From the NCBI GenBank assembly GCA_951406725.2, contig OX597836.1, positions 11,346,001 through 11,410,000 of the forward strand: DNA of 64,000 nt, given 5' to 3'. The position numbers were made by a program, and so were the translations under genes. Positions 26,651 to 41,683 of this stretch are shown one piece after another. How positions within the stretch are numbered: the first letter of the stretch is position 1; every line of letters begins with the position of its first letter. The notes under the pieces were generated by a model. The model did not search any database. It was given only the letters and a program-made list of their open reading frames with translations, and was not told the DNA's origin. The stretch is from Octopus vulgaris. Lineage: Eukaryota.

Positions 26651-27213
26651 GAAAGAAGGCGACTAGAGGTGTTTGAGATGAGATTTTTGAGGGCAAGGTT
26701 GGTGTGGCACGGATGGACAAGATGAGAAATGAGGAAGTGCGAAGGCGAGCAGGAACGAAAGACAAACTAACAACCAAATTAGATAGTCGAGTGTTGAGGT
26801 GGTTTGGCCACATGTAGAAGATGGATGAGGAGCGGATTGTAAGGAAGGTGATGAAGGAAGATGTGGTAGCCAGCAGCCCTCGATTTGTATGGATGGATGG
26901 AGTGAGGAAAGCTTTGGTGGTTAGTGGTGTTGGAGTGAGAAAGGCAAGAGAGTTTATAAATGATAGGAAAGCTTGGAGAGTGTTTGTGTACGGATGAGGG
27001 AATTTTGATGTTGCTGAAAGAGGTACGAAACCAGCCTGGCGCTGGTATTACAGCATATGCGTCCGGACCCCGCTACAGATATTAGGGATTATGTTCTATG
27101 CCTTGACCCGAGTATAAGACGGGGCTCGCCTCTTACAGCTGGAAGATGAATGGAATGCCTGGTGTGTGTCTTATTGTGGCTACCCTTCCTAAAAAATGGG
27201 GAATTGTCCAGGG
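26651..27213 (+). pseudogene. RTE-clade LINE 3' end (ORF C-terminus plus 3' UTR)
   Basis: ERRRLEVFEMRFLR / VGVARMDKMRNEEVRRRAG...RVLRWFGHM*KMDEERIVRKVM...PRFVWMDGVRKAL...DRKAWRVFVYG* (stop at 26995-26997). LRWFGH and DR..WR are typical RTE motifs. It has a frameshift and an internal stop. Confidence 0.85.
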
Positions 27214-28678
27214 TATATGTATGTATGTATGTATGTTTGTATGTATGTGTGTGTGTATGTATGTATGTATGTATGTATGTATGTATGTATGTATGTATGT
27301 ATGTATGTATGCTTGTATGTATGTATGTATGTATGTATGTATGTATGTATGCTTGTATGTATGTATGTATGTATGTATGTATGTATGTATGCATGCATGC
27401 TTGTATGTATGTATGTATGTATGTATGTATGTATGTATGCATGCATGCTTGTATGTATGTATGTATGTATGTATGTATGTATGTATGTATGTATGTATGT
27501 ATGTATGTATGTATGTATGTATGTATGTATGTATGTATGTATGTATGTATGTATGTATGTATGCTTGTATGTATGTATGTATGTATGTATGTATGTATGT
27601 ATGTATGTATGTATGTATGTATGTATGTATGTATGTATGTATGTATGCATGCATGCTTGTATGTATGTATGTATGTATGTATGTATGTATGTATGTATGT
27701 ATGTATGTATGTATGTATGTATGTATGTATGTATGTATGTATGTATGTATGTATGTATGTATGTATGTATGTATGTATGTATGTATGTATGTATGTATGT
27801 ATGTATGTATGTATGTATGTATGTATGTATGTGTGTATGTATGTATGTATGTATGTATCTATGTATGTATGTATGTATGTATGTATGTATGTATGTATGT
27901 ATGTATGTATGTATGTATGTATGTATGTATGTATGTATGTATGTATGTATGTATGTATGTATGTATGTATGTATGTATGTATGTTTGTATGTATGTATGT
28001 ATGTATGTATGCTTGTATGTATGTATGTATGTATGTATGTATGTATGCATGTATGTATGTATGTATGTTTGTATGTATGTATGTATGTATGTATGTTTGT
28101 ATGTATGCATGTATGTATGTATGTATGTATGCTTGTATGTATGTATGTATGTATGTATGTATGTATGTATGTATGTATGTATGTATGTATGTATGTATGT
28201 ATGTATGTATGTATGTTTGTATGTATGTATGTATGTATGTATGTATGTGTATGTATGTATGTATGTATGTATGTATGTATGTATGTATGTATGTATGTAT
28301 GTATGTATGTATGTATGTATGTATGTATGTATGTATGTATGTATGTATGTATGTATGTATGTATGTATGTATGTATGTATGTATGTATGTTTGTATGTAT
28401 GTATGTATGTATGTATGTATGTTTGTATGTATGTATGTATGTATGTATGTATGTATGTTTGTATGTATGTATGTATGTATGTATGCTTGTATGTATGTAT
28501 GTATGTATGTATGTATGTTTGTATGTATGTATGTATGTATGTATGTATGTATGTTTGTATGTATGTATGTTTGTATGTATGTATATATGTATGTATGTAT
28601 GTATGTATCTATGTATGTATGTAGGTAGGTATGTATGTATGTATGTTTGTATGTATGTATGTATGTATGTATGTATGT
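27214..28678 (+). repeat. ~1.46-kb (ATGT)n tetranucleotide array
   Basis: Direct reading, with ATGC/TTGT variants. It produces the 490-550 aa artefact ORFs. Confidence 0.97.
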
Positions 28679-29447
28679 ACTTATACCAACCCACATAGCG
28701 AAACACTCACACTTTAATACGACGAAATTTGTCATCACTTGCTGTCGTCTTAAATATGTTTGCTTTTTACAAATTTAACAGCTTCAGACATTTAGAGATA
28801 CATCTCATATTTCATTAAGTGCTTGTCACCATAAATTTGTAAGTTCAAATGATTTTCCGCTGTTTTTGTTCTCGAGCGCAAATTAAAGCTCAGATTTATT
28901 GAAAACATAAGACGGTGCACCTTTCGCTGCTACAATTAGTAAGTCACATTCGTCTGCAAGAACGAGCTCCTTGAGTGTCATTGGCCGTGAGAAATGGGAA
29001 GGGTTAACATAGCCGTTTAAGTCAGAATGTTGTATATTGTCTCAGACATTCATAAACAACTCCCCAGTATTACAGTTCCATTTATATCTATATTGTGTCC
29101 CGTAAGTTCATGTCGATGCATTTTACTCTAAGGGACATCCCTCAATCAATTATCCTTCAGTTATCTAGCAAGGATTAAGTATATAGTTTATCATTTACCT
29201 AATACATATTAAGACAAGGAATTTTCTTCGTAGCTGAAAGGAAAAGATGCTGGATAACCGGAGATTATCAGTCGGTACGAAATTCTCTTCTTGTTGAGCT
29301 CCGGGTCGACCAATGCCTTATGGTTAAAGTAACAGTCGGAAAGTGTATGGAAGCTCGTCATGTATATGGCCGTGTTTGTGTTTGCTCCCACCACCGCTTG
29401 ACATTCATTGCTGGTTTGATATCCTTCTCATAACTTAGTCTTTCGAA

Positions 29448-29680
29448 GGGGATGAGCTGGCAGAAACGTTAGCACGCTGGGAGAAGGGCTTAGCGGTATT
29501 TCGTCTGCTGCTACGTTCTGAGTTCAAATTCCGCCGGGGTCGACTTTGCCTCTCATCCTTTCGGGATCGATTAAATAAGTTCCAGTTACGCACTGAGGTC
29601 GATATAATCGACTTAATCCGTTTGTTTGTCCTTGTTTGTCCCTTCTGTGTGTAGCCCCTTGTGGGTAGTAAAGAAATAAG
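29448..29680 (+). mobile_element. SINE family C
   Basis: GAGCTGGCAGAAACGTTAGCACG...GTTCAAATTCCGCCGGGGTCGACTTTGCC...GTAGTAAAGAAATAAG. Confidence 0.88.
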
Positions 29681-29785
29681 AAATAAGAATAAGTGCAGAC
29701 ATATAAAAAAGTATGTACGACAGTGATTTGATCGACTTAACCATTCAAGCATCCAGTAATTGAAACAAAAATAATATATGTATAA

Positions 29786-29826
<41 letters not shown>

Positions 29827-29841
29827 CATATATATATATAA

Positions 29842-29938
<97 letters not shown>

Positions 29939-29939
29939 C

Positions 29940-29994
<55 letters not shown>

Positions 29995-30194
29995 TATATA
30001 TATATAAGAATTATAAATAATAAGACCGCTTTTTTAAGCACCTACTTTTCTAAAAATAGGAAGCCATAAGAATTATCATTATATATTCACAGTTATGGTT
30101 ATATATAATTTTTATAAAGATCTATTAATTTTGCTTATACGGCTTTAAGCTTGCGGCTACTAAGATTAATCTCTATCATGAGTACTAGTGTTCT

Positions 30195-30447
30195 TACACA
30201 TCGCTGGTCACAATGCGCTTCACATTGTTTTAGCCTTTAAATGACGCCACCCCCTTGGCTAAGCGAACAGCCCAACAGAAGAGTAAGAGAAAGTTGGGGC
30301 GGAAGATTACAGCAGAGATCGCCACCACCCCCGGCAAGAGCCTTGTGGAGTTTTTAGGTGTTTTCGCTCAATAAACACTCACAACGCCCGGTCTGGGAAT
30401 TGAAATCGCGATCCTACGACCCTAACCACTGGGATATTGCGCCTTCA
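30195..30447 (-). mobile_element. SINE family B with tail type 2
   Basis: Colinear with 4955-5225. Confidence 0.82.
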
Positions 30448-30496
30448 TGTATATATATATATATATAAATTTTTTATTTATTTATTTTTTTTTTTG

Positions 30497-30702
30497 TACT
30501 TGTTTCAGTCATTTGACTGCGGCCATGCTGGAGCACCGCCTTTAGAGTGGTGAAAGAGTACAGCAGGGATCACCACCATCCCCTGCCGGAGCCTCGTGGA
30601 GCTTTTAGGTGTTTTCGCTCAATATAACACACACAACGCCCGGTCTGGGAATCGAAACCGCGATCCTCCGACCGCAAGTCCGCTGCCCTAACCACTGGGC
30701 CA
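30497..30702 (-). mobile_element. Chimeric SINE: family B head fused to family A tail
   Basis: On the minus strand the B head ...CTGTACTCTTTCACCACTC joins TAAAGGCGGTGCTCCAGCATGGCCGCAGTCAAATGACTGAAACAAGTAC plus an A-rich end. Confidence 0.75.
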
Positions 30703-30709
30703 TATATAT

Positions 30710-30915
30710 ATGACCGCGTGTGTACCGTTGGCGATTTTTTTCCCTCTGTCTTCCCTACTCTGGATCTTTCCTTCTCCTATGTTTCCGACGAAGAGCTCCG
30801 CTCGAAACGTTAAACCCTCCTTCTTTCCTTCTTTCCTGAGCGTCCAATAATACCATATTTGTTCCACGTTCCCGCGTTGTTGTGTTTTTTGTGCTTTCTT
30901 GTTTGAATTAACTTT
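30710..30915 (+). mobile_element. Short non-autonomous Penelope-like element with minimal hammerhead (30781-30815)
   Basis: GTTT CCGACGA A GAGC TCC GCTC GAAA CG TT AAAC. Helix I is GUUU/AAAC, helix III is the ACGU palindrome, and U4 is changed to C. Confidence 0.65.
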
Positions 30916-31101
30916 ATATATATATATATATGTATATGTATATATGTGTGTATATATTCATATGTGTGTATATATATATATATGTGTGTATATACATATG
31001 TATATATATATATATACATATTATATATATGTGCATGTATGGGTGTATAGATATTCATATATATATACACACACACATATATATATATGTATATATATAT
31101 G

Positions 31102-31153
<52 letters not shown>

Positions 31154-31605
31154 GTAGTCTTTCGTATTCGGCGGAAGACAATGTAGCAATTATTTGTTCA
31201 ACAATGTGTAACACACATACAAGACAATATATTTCATAGCTAGCAAAATTGTGAAAAAATGCAAGCGACGCAACATTCCGTTTCTCAAATTTTCTCTCCC
31301 TGTGGCAGACATGATGTCAGTTCGTCAGATACAGTAAGACGCTCAATCACCAACTGACCTGATGCGTACCGTCCCACTTTCGAATGAACCAACGAAAACA
31401 AACACGGTATTATAGGTTTAACTAATTGTATGAAACGAACGCGTAATTAATCGTAATTGCAATGTAATTAGTGCAATGAGTGATTTGTTGTGGCTAATTA
31501 CTGTTGTAAACATCAGAAACATTATTATCAATATTTCTCTAATTACAACTATCATTAATAGTATTATTTTCTATTATTTTGTTTACCTTTTGTTAATGTA
31601 TTATC

Positions 31606-31695
<90 letters not shown>

Positions 31696-31718
31696 CATTA
31701 TTATTATTATTATTATTA

Positions 31719-31752
<34 letters not shown>

Positions 31753-32305
31753 CATTGTTGTTATTTTGTTTGCACGATGGAAATTAGATTGAGGAATGCT
31801 TCGATGTATTTCTGATAGCTTTTCTAAATGACTAGTTAATTAGCGATGTTTTTTTTTTCTTCTTTTTTTTTTTTTTTTTTTGCTTAAATTATACTATTGT
31901 TATCATAGCAACACTTATTGAGGAATATTATAAATCTTTTTGCCGAAGGGAGTAAGAAATTCGATCCTAATATACAGGTAAGATTTTCCCCACCGTTTAT
32001 CTATTGTATATTCATTAATACCTTTGTGTATTTTGGTATTTCGTTAGTACGGATTTCTGATCGACTTCTTGGAATTTATAGCGTAAATTACATCCCTAAC
32101 ATACATCAATTCACATTTTACAGTCTATCGATTTTGTAATTAAGCAAGGACGTTGCAGGATGCTTAATAAATAAGGACATTTTAAAGACTTGGTATTCGT
32201 TGATTAAAGAAGACTTGAGAAATTTATGTGTTATCATATCCAAGGCAGAATTTGGCCCTAGAATTATAGCTGCTGGCACACTGGTGTGCTATGATGGTAG
32301 AAAAA

Positions 32306-32810
32306 GGCGGCGAGCTGGTAGAAACATTAGAACGTCGGGCGAAGTGCTTAGCGGTATTTCGTCTGCCGCTACGTTCTGAGTTCAAATTCCGCCGAGGTCG
32401 ACTTTACCTTTCATCCTTTCGGGGTTGAATAAATAAGTATCAGTTATGCACTGGGGTCGATATAATCGACTTAATCCATTTGTCTATCCTTGTTTGTCCT
32501 CTCTGTGTTTAGCCCCTTGTGGGCAGTAAAGAAATAGGTATTTCGTCTGCCGTTACGTTCTTAGTTCAAATTCCACCGAGGTCGACTTTGCCTTTCATCC
32601 TTTCGGGGTCTATTAAATAAGTACCAGTTACGCACTGGGGTCGATATAATCGACTTAATCCGTTTGTCTGTCTTTGTTCGTCCACTCTGTGTTTAGCCCC
32701 TTGTGGGCAATAAATAAATAAGAAACGTTAGCACGCCAGACGAAATGCTTAGCGGTATTCCACCAGTCTTCAAGTTCAAATTCTGCCGAGGTCGGCTTTG
32801 CTTTTCATAA
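32306..32810 (+). mobile_element. SINE family C, tandem multimer
   Basis: GGCGGCGAGCTGGTAGAAAC..., with the body repeated from about 32538 and the head repeated again from about 32722. Confidence 0.88.
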
Positions 32811-32854
32811 CCCCACCCATGGAAAAAATAAAAAGAAAATTGCTGGCTTTGTTC

Positions 32855-33292
32855 CAAGAAACTTGCTTTCCAACCTTCATGGATCCGGATTCTGTTTAAC
32901 TGCGTAGCGCCTTGGGCAAGTTACTTCTACTATAGCCTCAGGCCGAGCAAAACCTTGTGAGTGGATTTGGTAGACGGAAACTGAAAAAAGCCCGTCGTAA
33001 ATATATATATATGTGTGTGTGTGAGTGTGTGTATGTATTCGTGTGTGTGTGTTTGCATGTGTGTATCTGTGTGTGTGTGTGTGTCTCCTCCCTCTATCGC
33101 TTGAGAACCGATGCTGCTGTGTATACGTCCCCGTAGCTTAGTGGTTCGGCAAAAGAGACAGATAAAACAAGTACCGGGCTCACAAAGAGTAAGTCCTGGG
33201 GTCGACTTGTTCGAGTCAAAGGCGGTGCTCCAGCATGGGTGCAGTTAAATGATAGAAACCGAAACAAGTAAAAGAATAAAAGAATAAAAGAA
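32855..33292 (+). mobile_element. SINE family A
   Basis: Body, internal microsatellite and GGCGGTGCTCCAGCATGG tail. Confidence 0.85.
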
Positions 33293-33635
33293 TAATTTCA
33301 AATATGTTTTCTCATCATAAAAGATTCAGCTAAATTGACAAAAGTTGCAAAAAAAAAAAAAAAAAAAGAAATTTGTTTTATCAACTGCATCTAGAAAATT
33401 GATAAACTTCATAATTTAACCAGACATCATCCGACAGAATCACACCTACCAGTCTTATGAACATAAACACAATGGTTTAGATTCTATTAACAGACTATAT
33501 TCGTTAAAACTAGCTCAGAATAATATTACCTGTCTACTCACTCTATATTCTCTATGAATTATATTACATACATACACACATACATTCATACATATTTCCA
33601 TATATTCATATATATATATATATATATATATATCT

Positions 33636-33724
<89 letters not shown>

Positions 33725-33776
33725 CACACATATATATATATATACATATACATACATACATGCATACTTCCATACA

Positions 33777-33835
<59 letters not shown>

Positions 33836-35080
33836 AATTTTAAGAGATAATTCTTCATACAGTCATAACAGTTGAATAACCTTTTTTAATGAAACATGTC
33901 TATATTAAAAAAAAGAAAAACAAACTCACTCAGTGTCTACAAGAGAGTTTTTGTATTGGTTAAGCGCTGCTTTCGCTTTTCTGAACTTTTCAAACACACG
34001 TACTGTGGAGCAATCTGCATAGGGGAAGTTATATTTAGTTGCAGTGTTGATACGTTGTGATGTAGTTTCGGATTCAGAATTTTTATAAAAGTATTTTCCT
34101 TCTGCCTTTCGTATTTCATCATTTACCACCGCTATTATATTAGAATTTATCTGGTAATTTGTTATATTAGTTTGCACTTGAGACACAAATTACAATATGC
34201 GATTGCTTATTATCAAGATTCAATAAACGTAAAATATTTTTTACGTATGTGTGTATATGTGTGTGCGTGGGCATTTATGCATGTATGTATGCGTATGTAC
34301 GTATCTATGTATGTCTGTATGTGTGTGTGTGCATGTATATATATTCTCATTTCAGTCATCTGACTGTGGCCATGCTGGAGCACCGCATGAGTGAGTGGAT
34401 TCTTCTGTCGTAAATGGACGCTGAAGACTTAGCATTTACTTGCTGAACAAGATTTGTTTATAGTAATCAAATGTTATATATATATATATATCAATTTATC
34501 TATCTATAAACCTATGCATATATATATACATGCATACATGCATGAATGCATGCATGCACATATACGTTCATGCATACACGCCCTCGATAGAATAGACGTT
34601 GACTGCACGGGGTACCAGACGTCCAATGTCGAACTGATCGTAAAGCGAATCTCAGAAGGAAAATTTTGTTCAGAACTCAATGGAATTGAAATAGCGATCT
34701 TGCGATAACAAGTGCAGCTCGCTAACCACTAGGCCATACGCATGGATGTATTTGTGTATGCGATGGTATGTAATATAACGCAGAACAACAGTTATTTACT
34801 CTCTCTCTCTTTCTCTCACTATAAATATATATAAATATATACATACATATATATGTGTATATATATATATGTATATGTATATGTATATATGATTGTATGT
34901 ATGCATGTAAGATTGTGTGTATGTATGTATGATTGTGTGTATGTATGTGATGGAACACAACAGCTTAATTTAGCGGTAAACGCATTTAATTCACCAAGCG
35001 TTAAATATGTTAGCACTAACTAAATGTTTGTTTTTCACGAAGATGTTATTCATCTGTGAAACATTTCCATCAAATTAAAT

Positions 35081-35111
<31 letters not shown>

Positions 35112-35120
35112 CATATAGAA

Positions 35121-35214
<94 letters not shown>

Positions 35215-35792
35215 TCCTTTTATTTTCTATTATAACATGCGCCATATTTAGACGATTAGATTACACTAGAAATTTCATTAAATTCTTAAATTAATTATTT
35301 CTGTTCCATGTGTTATAAATCAATTTCTTATAGCATTGTAATACCTTCGGTTCTCAATACAGCTTTTCAAAAAGGTAGAGCAGAAGATGCTGCTGTTGTT
35401 ATTGTTGTTGTTGCTGTTGTTGCTGTTGTTGTTGTTTGGTCTCATGTCAGCCATATTGTGTAGACCTGTCAACAAAACATGGTGTAGAGCTATCAAGATA
35501 AACGAGTTACTTACCCTTCTACTCTTCTACTCTTCTACGGGTTTCCTTCATGAAATTGCGGTGATGTTGGCGCATCGCTTCGAAGGGTTTTGTGAAATGA
35601 ATCTACGCAAACGTTTCTTTACCTTTCTTTCTCTTCTGTTTTCGAAAATCTGGTGGTTATAAAGTTCTCTTTTCACTAAAGCGGTAAGATACACAGTCGT
35701 AAACAAACTAACATCGGTTGTTAAGTGTGAAGGCGTGAAAGACAGAGAACATTCACACACACACATTTAACAAATATTCACGTATATCACCC

Positions 35793-35793
35793 A

Positions 35794-35843
<50 letters not shown>

Positions 35844-36049
35844 TTTTCTATTTTATTCACGCCTTTTTGTCCTCTTTCTTTCCCTTTATGATCCCTTTTG
35901 ATCGAAAACCAAACTCCCTTTTTTTACCCCCAAAAGGAAAGCTCTACCTTGTAATTTGTCCTGTCTGTGTGCAGCCCTGTGTGGCTAATAAAGAAACATA
36001 TCTATCTGTCAATCTGTGCATCTTACTGTCGGTCTGTCTATCTATCTAT

Positions 36050-36143
<94 letters not shown>

Positions 36144-36394
36144 GTCTGGCTGTCTGTCTGTTTGTCCGTCTATCTATCTATGTATCTATCCATCCATCCA
36201 TCTATCTATCTATCTATATATCTCTTTATCTATCTATCTATCTATCTATCTATATTTCTGCTTGCCTGTTTCTCTGTTTATCTAACTATCTACCATTATA
36301 ATATATACACACATGTAAATATATATACATAGTGTGTATACCTACGTGTGTGTGTGTGTGTGCTAGTTTGGGTGTATGTATGTATATATGTATG

Positions 36395-36432
<38 letters not shown>

Positions 36433-36484
36433 ATTATCTATCTATCTATCTATTATCTATCTATTTATCTGTCTATCTAACAAA

Positions 36485-36545
<61 letters not shown>

Positions 36546-36554
36546 AATCTATCA

Positions 36555-36606
<52 letters not shown>

Positions 36607-36620
36607 ATCTATCTATCTAT
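35793..36620 (+). repeat. (TATC)n tetranucleotide tracts
   Basis: Direct reading; several tracts with short interruptions. Confidence 0.9.
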
Positions 36621-36857
36621 AAATCTAAGCCTGTCTCTGTGTGTTTTTGTTTACTGATAGTAAAAATGCGTTGTATCAAAAGCCATAACCTAGTTATTCG
36701 ATAAATTAAAAATCAATAAATAATTACCACTCAGAAAGAAAAAAAACAGAAATCCTGGGGCAGAGGGCGTTCTAATCGACTACAAAAATATTTCCGTCAA
36801 AACAGCTCCATCGCCCAACTAAATATCCACACGTGAAAGACTGAAATTACAATATAT

Positions 36858-36892
<35 letters not shown>

Positions 36893-37244
36893 TATATTTA
36901 TATACACATATATACTTATACACATGCACATACACGCATATATATATACATATATATATTTATATATTACACACACATTCGTCTACTATTCGGAACTTCA
37001 ATAATGTATGAGATGTAAGTCATTATTGCTTTCATAACAACATCGACCATTTACTAGCGTTGAAAAGCGTCGTGTACGCAATTGCACTAATGGATGGAAA
37101 CCATAAATTGCGAGAGAAAGCCCTGTTACGTTTTCTTAAGTATTTTTTTCGCGGAGATAATAAAAGTAAAATCCTTTAAACGGCGATAGGGACAGAAGAA
37201 CGATGATGACGATTACGTTGATGATGATGGCGTCGATGGTAACG

Positions 37245-37245
37245 A

Positions 37246-37289
<44 letters not shown>

Positions 37290-37384
37290 ATAATAATAAT
37301 AATAATAATAATAATGATATTAATAATAATAATAATAGAAGTAATAGTAATAGTAATAATAATAATAATAATAATAGAAGTAAC

Positions 37385-37454
<70 letters not shown>

Positions 37455-37462
37455 GAAGTAAC

Positions 37463-37502
<40 letters not shown>

Positions 37503-37510
37503 GAAGTAAC

Positions 37511-37593
<83 letters not shown>

Positions 37594-37785
37594 TAATAAT
37601 ACTCCCTTCTGCTATGGGTACAAGGGGCCTGGAATTTGTGGGGAGGGGGATAGAAGATTACATCGACCCCCAGTAGACAACTGGCGCTTAATCTATCGAC
37701 CCTGGAAAGATGAAAGGCAAAGTCGAACTCGGCGATCAATAATAACAATATATATTTATTATATTCATGAGGAGGAAGATGACGG

Positions 37786-37819
<34 letters not shown>

Positions 37820-37899
37820 AATTATGAGAGTGTTCGTGATAATGATGTCGATGACGACCATAAAGATAAGCAATAATAATGACGATGAGGATGATGATG

Positions 37900-37936
<37 letters not shown>

Positions 37937-38095
37937 CAACAACAACAACAACAACAACAGTAATAATAATGCTGATGATGATATTTATAACACGATAAAT
38001 AATAAAAATAGAAATATAATATTAATCATAATAATACCATAAATAATGATACTATGATGATGATAATAATAATAATAATAATGATAATAATAATG

Positions 38096-38126
<31 letters not shown>

Positions 38127-38248
38127 TAATAATAGTAATATCAATAAGAACAACAATAAAAATAACGAAGAAGAACAACTATAATAATAATAATAATAAT
38201 GATAATAATAATGATAATGATAATAATAATCATAATAATTATAATAAT

Positions 38249-38286
<38 letters not shown>

Positions 38287-38423
38287 TAATAATAGTAATA
38301 TCAATAAGAACAACAATAAAAATAACGAAGAAGAACAACTATAATAATAATAATAATAATGATAATAATAATGATAATGATAATAATAATCATAATAATT
38401 ATAATAATTATAATAATAATAAT

Positions 38424-38503
<80 letters not shown>

Positions 38504-38540
38504 TGATGATAATAATAATAATAGTAATAATAATGATAAT
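37245..38540 (+). repeat. Compound trinucleotide field (CTA/AAT/GAT/AAC) with a 160-bp internal duplication
   Basis: AACAATAATAATAGTAATATCAATAAGAACAAC occurs at about 38122 and 38282. A family C SINE remnant lies at 37610-37735. Confidence 0.9.
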
Positions 38541-38879
38541 CATGATGCTTCAAAGCCACGAAGCCATAAAACCGTATTATGTAGTGAATTACAGACGTTG
38601 CGAAGGAAAATATACATATATATTTGTAAACATTATTAAATTTATTAACGAAAAATATAAGCAAATTGATTGTACAACAGGTTCTAGGTGTGAATAGGAA
38701 CGATAAAACAGAATGTTAATCCGCATACGCATGCGCGTGTACACGGATTCGTAGGTGCGCATACGCACACCTGCTTAAGGAGGCAGAAACACAAGTATAA
38801 GGTTTATGCCAACGTGTATGTGTGCGCATGCATATATAGACAAACGGACACACACATATACACGTGAATACACGCACTG

Positions 38880-38933
<54 letters not shown>

Positions 38934-38970
38934 CTGCATATTTATATATTCACATACACAAATAAATATA

Positions 38971-39056
<86 letters not shown>

Positions 39057-39197
39057 CATGTATTTATAGATATACATGTGTGTGTATATATAGTTGAATA
39101 TATGTATATATACAAACAGTTACATGCTAATGCTGGTATATATACATATATATATGTGTATTTGTATGTATATACATGTACATTCTTAGAATATCGA

Positions 39198-39246
<49 letters not shown>

Positions 39247-39350
39247 TTATATATATATTTATATTCATATATATATACCTATATATATTCATATATATAT
39301 TTATATATTTATATTCATATAATATATATTCATATATATATATATAGATA

Positions 39351-39434
<84 letters not shown>

Positions 39435-40428
39435 CACACACACAATAACACACATACCCACGCACTTTTGGAATATTAAAGCGTTTGTTCTTGGAGTAGC
39501 TATTAAAGCCGTAATGAATTGATATTTACGACGTCAACTAAATTAAATGTTTCATTTGATATCAACATGGTATTGCATCGTATTTGTTTCTTGTTACTTT
39601 TAGTGTTTTTTTGTTTTTTTGTTTGTTTTTTACATTTATATTCCCGAGTTTTGTGTTTATACCATTATATTACGTCGCTTACAGACACACGTGTACGCAG
39701 GCAGTCCGACACACCACTACATAGACGTACAGTCATACACGTATACACACACACACATACACACACACACACACATACACACACACAGACATCTACACAC
39801 ATACACGCACACACACACACACACACACACCTGTATTTTATCGTCAATTGAAAACTTGCTCGGCAATCAAGGTAAATTTCAAAGTAGCTTACGAAATAGA
39901 TGTCTGCGTGAGTGTGTGTGTCTGTGTGTGTGTATATTTGTGTGTGTGTGTGTGTGTGTGTGTGTGAGTTTGTATGTGTGCGTGCGTGATTTTCTACACA
40001 CAGTCGCTCACACACACGCACAAAGACAGATAACCACACACACACACAAACACACACAGACAGACACACACATATATATATACACACACACACATATATA
40101 TATATACACAAACACACACACACACACACAAACATATATATATATATAAAATTTAGATACATATCCTTGAAGCTATAAAGGCAAAGAGGACATTTTCGTG
40201 TACATATATATTTGCGTGTGTATATATGCGCATATGTATTTGCATATTTTACATTCATTTGCATACACCCTCACATACACAGACGCACATATATATGTAT
40301 ATGCATAAATATATATATATGCATATAGGTAAATATACATACATACACACACACTCACACAAAAGCATACATATGTACACACACACACACAATATATATA
40401 TATATATATATATATATAGACTGATGTT

Positions 40429-40488
<60 letters not shown>

Positions 40489-40521
40489 TATATAGATAGA
40501 TAGATAGATAGTTAGATAGAT

Positions 40522-40568
<47 letters not shown>

Positions 40569-40705
40569 GATATATACAGATATGTATTTACATATACATA
40601 TATACATAAGTACCAAATAATATATATATGATATGGTTATATATGCATTTATGAATGTATGTATGTATGTATGTGTGTATTTAGGAATGTATGTATGCAT
40701 ATGTG

Positions 40706-40742
<37 letters not shown>

Positions 40743-40744
<2 letters not shown>

Positions 40745-41137
40745 TTTACTTGTTTCAGTCATTTGACTGCGGCCATGCTGGAGCACCGCCTTTAATCGAG
40801 CACCTCGACCCCGGGACTTATTCTTTGTAAGCCCAGTACTTATTCTATCGGTGTCTTTTGCCAAACCGCTAAGTGACGGAACATAAACACACCAGCATCG
40901 GTTGTCAAGCAATGCTAGGGGGACAAACACAAACATACATGCACACACACATATACATATATATATATACATATATACGACGGGCTTCTTTCAGTTTCCG
41001 TCTACCAAATTCACTCACAAGGCTTTGGTCGGCCCGAGGCTATAGTAGAAGACACTTGCCCAAGGTGCCACGCAGTGGGACTGAACCCGGAACCATGTGG
41101 TTGGTAAACAAGCTACTTACACACAGCCACTCCTGCG

Positions 41138-41139
<2 letters not shown>
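40743..41139 (-). mobile_element. SINE family A, full length
   Basis: Reverse complement from the tail CTTTTACTTGTTTCAGTC to the head CACTCCTGCGCC, embedded in (TA)n. Confidence 0.92.
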
Positions 41140-41178
<39 letters not shown>

Positions 41179-41255
41179 TCAAGTAGTGAGTAGAAGAGAG
41201 AGAAGGAGAATATATATATCTGTAATATCATATGTGACAATTATTCGGTTGCCAT

Positions 41256-41316
41256 AATAAAGCCCCGAGTTTCGGATGTCGGGGTGAAAACCTGCTCCGG
41301 CATCTCGTCAGTTATC
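41256..41316 (-). ncRNA. Type-I hammerhead motif, probably inactivated
   Basis: Minus strand reads GATAA CTGACGA GATGCCGG[loop]CCGACATC C GAAA CTCGGGG CT TTATT. Helix I is GAUAA/UUAUU and helix II is 8 bp. U16.1 appears changed to C. Confidence 0.55.
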
Positions 41317-41683
41317 GAGGCAATCAAAATATATATGAGAGAGAGAGAGAGAGAGAAAGAGAGTATTATTTGTTAATATCATACAACACTGCATATTTGG
41401 ATCCGTGTTTCAAAGTTCTTTCGTGACAATAAGTCACAGTTGATCTGCTAGAAATAACAGCGTGGCATGTATTCCTTCCATCGCATTGTCACGCGTGAAA
41501 ATATTAAAAGTTCTATTGAATAACAAGATAATATTATCCGAAATACAATATTCCTAAGAGACATAACTAATTAAGATTAATAAAAGCGTGGCACAGAATG
41601 CAGACGAAGGGATATACGGGATCATGGGTAAAACACATGCAATGGACGTAGATTTGCTCAATTCCTCATGAGTTATTGACCAA

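Noticed and set aside
27089-28738. Long ORFs of 490-549 aa (IHTY/MYVC repeats)
   Set aside because: They are translations of the (ATGT)n array, which lacks stops in most frames. The same applies to the YI, CV, HT, LSIY and poly-I/N/L ORFs across the window.
33926-34186. 86-aa non-repetitive ORF
   Set aside because: It has no recognisable domain or splice support and may be decayed LINE sequence.
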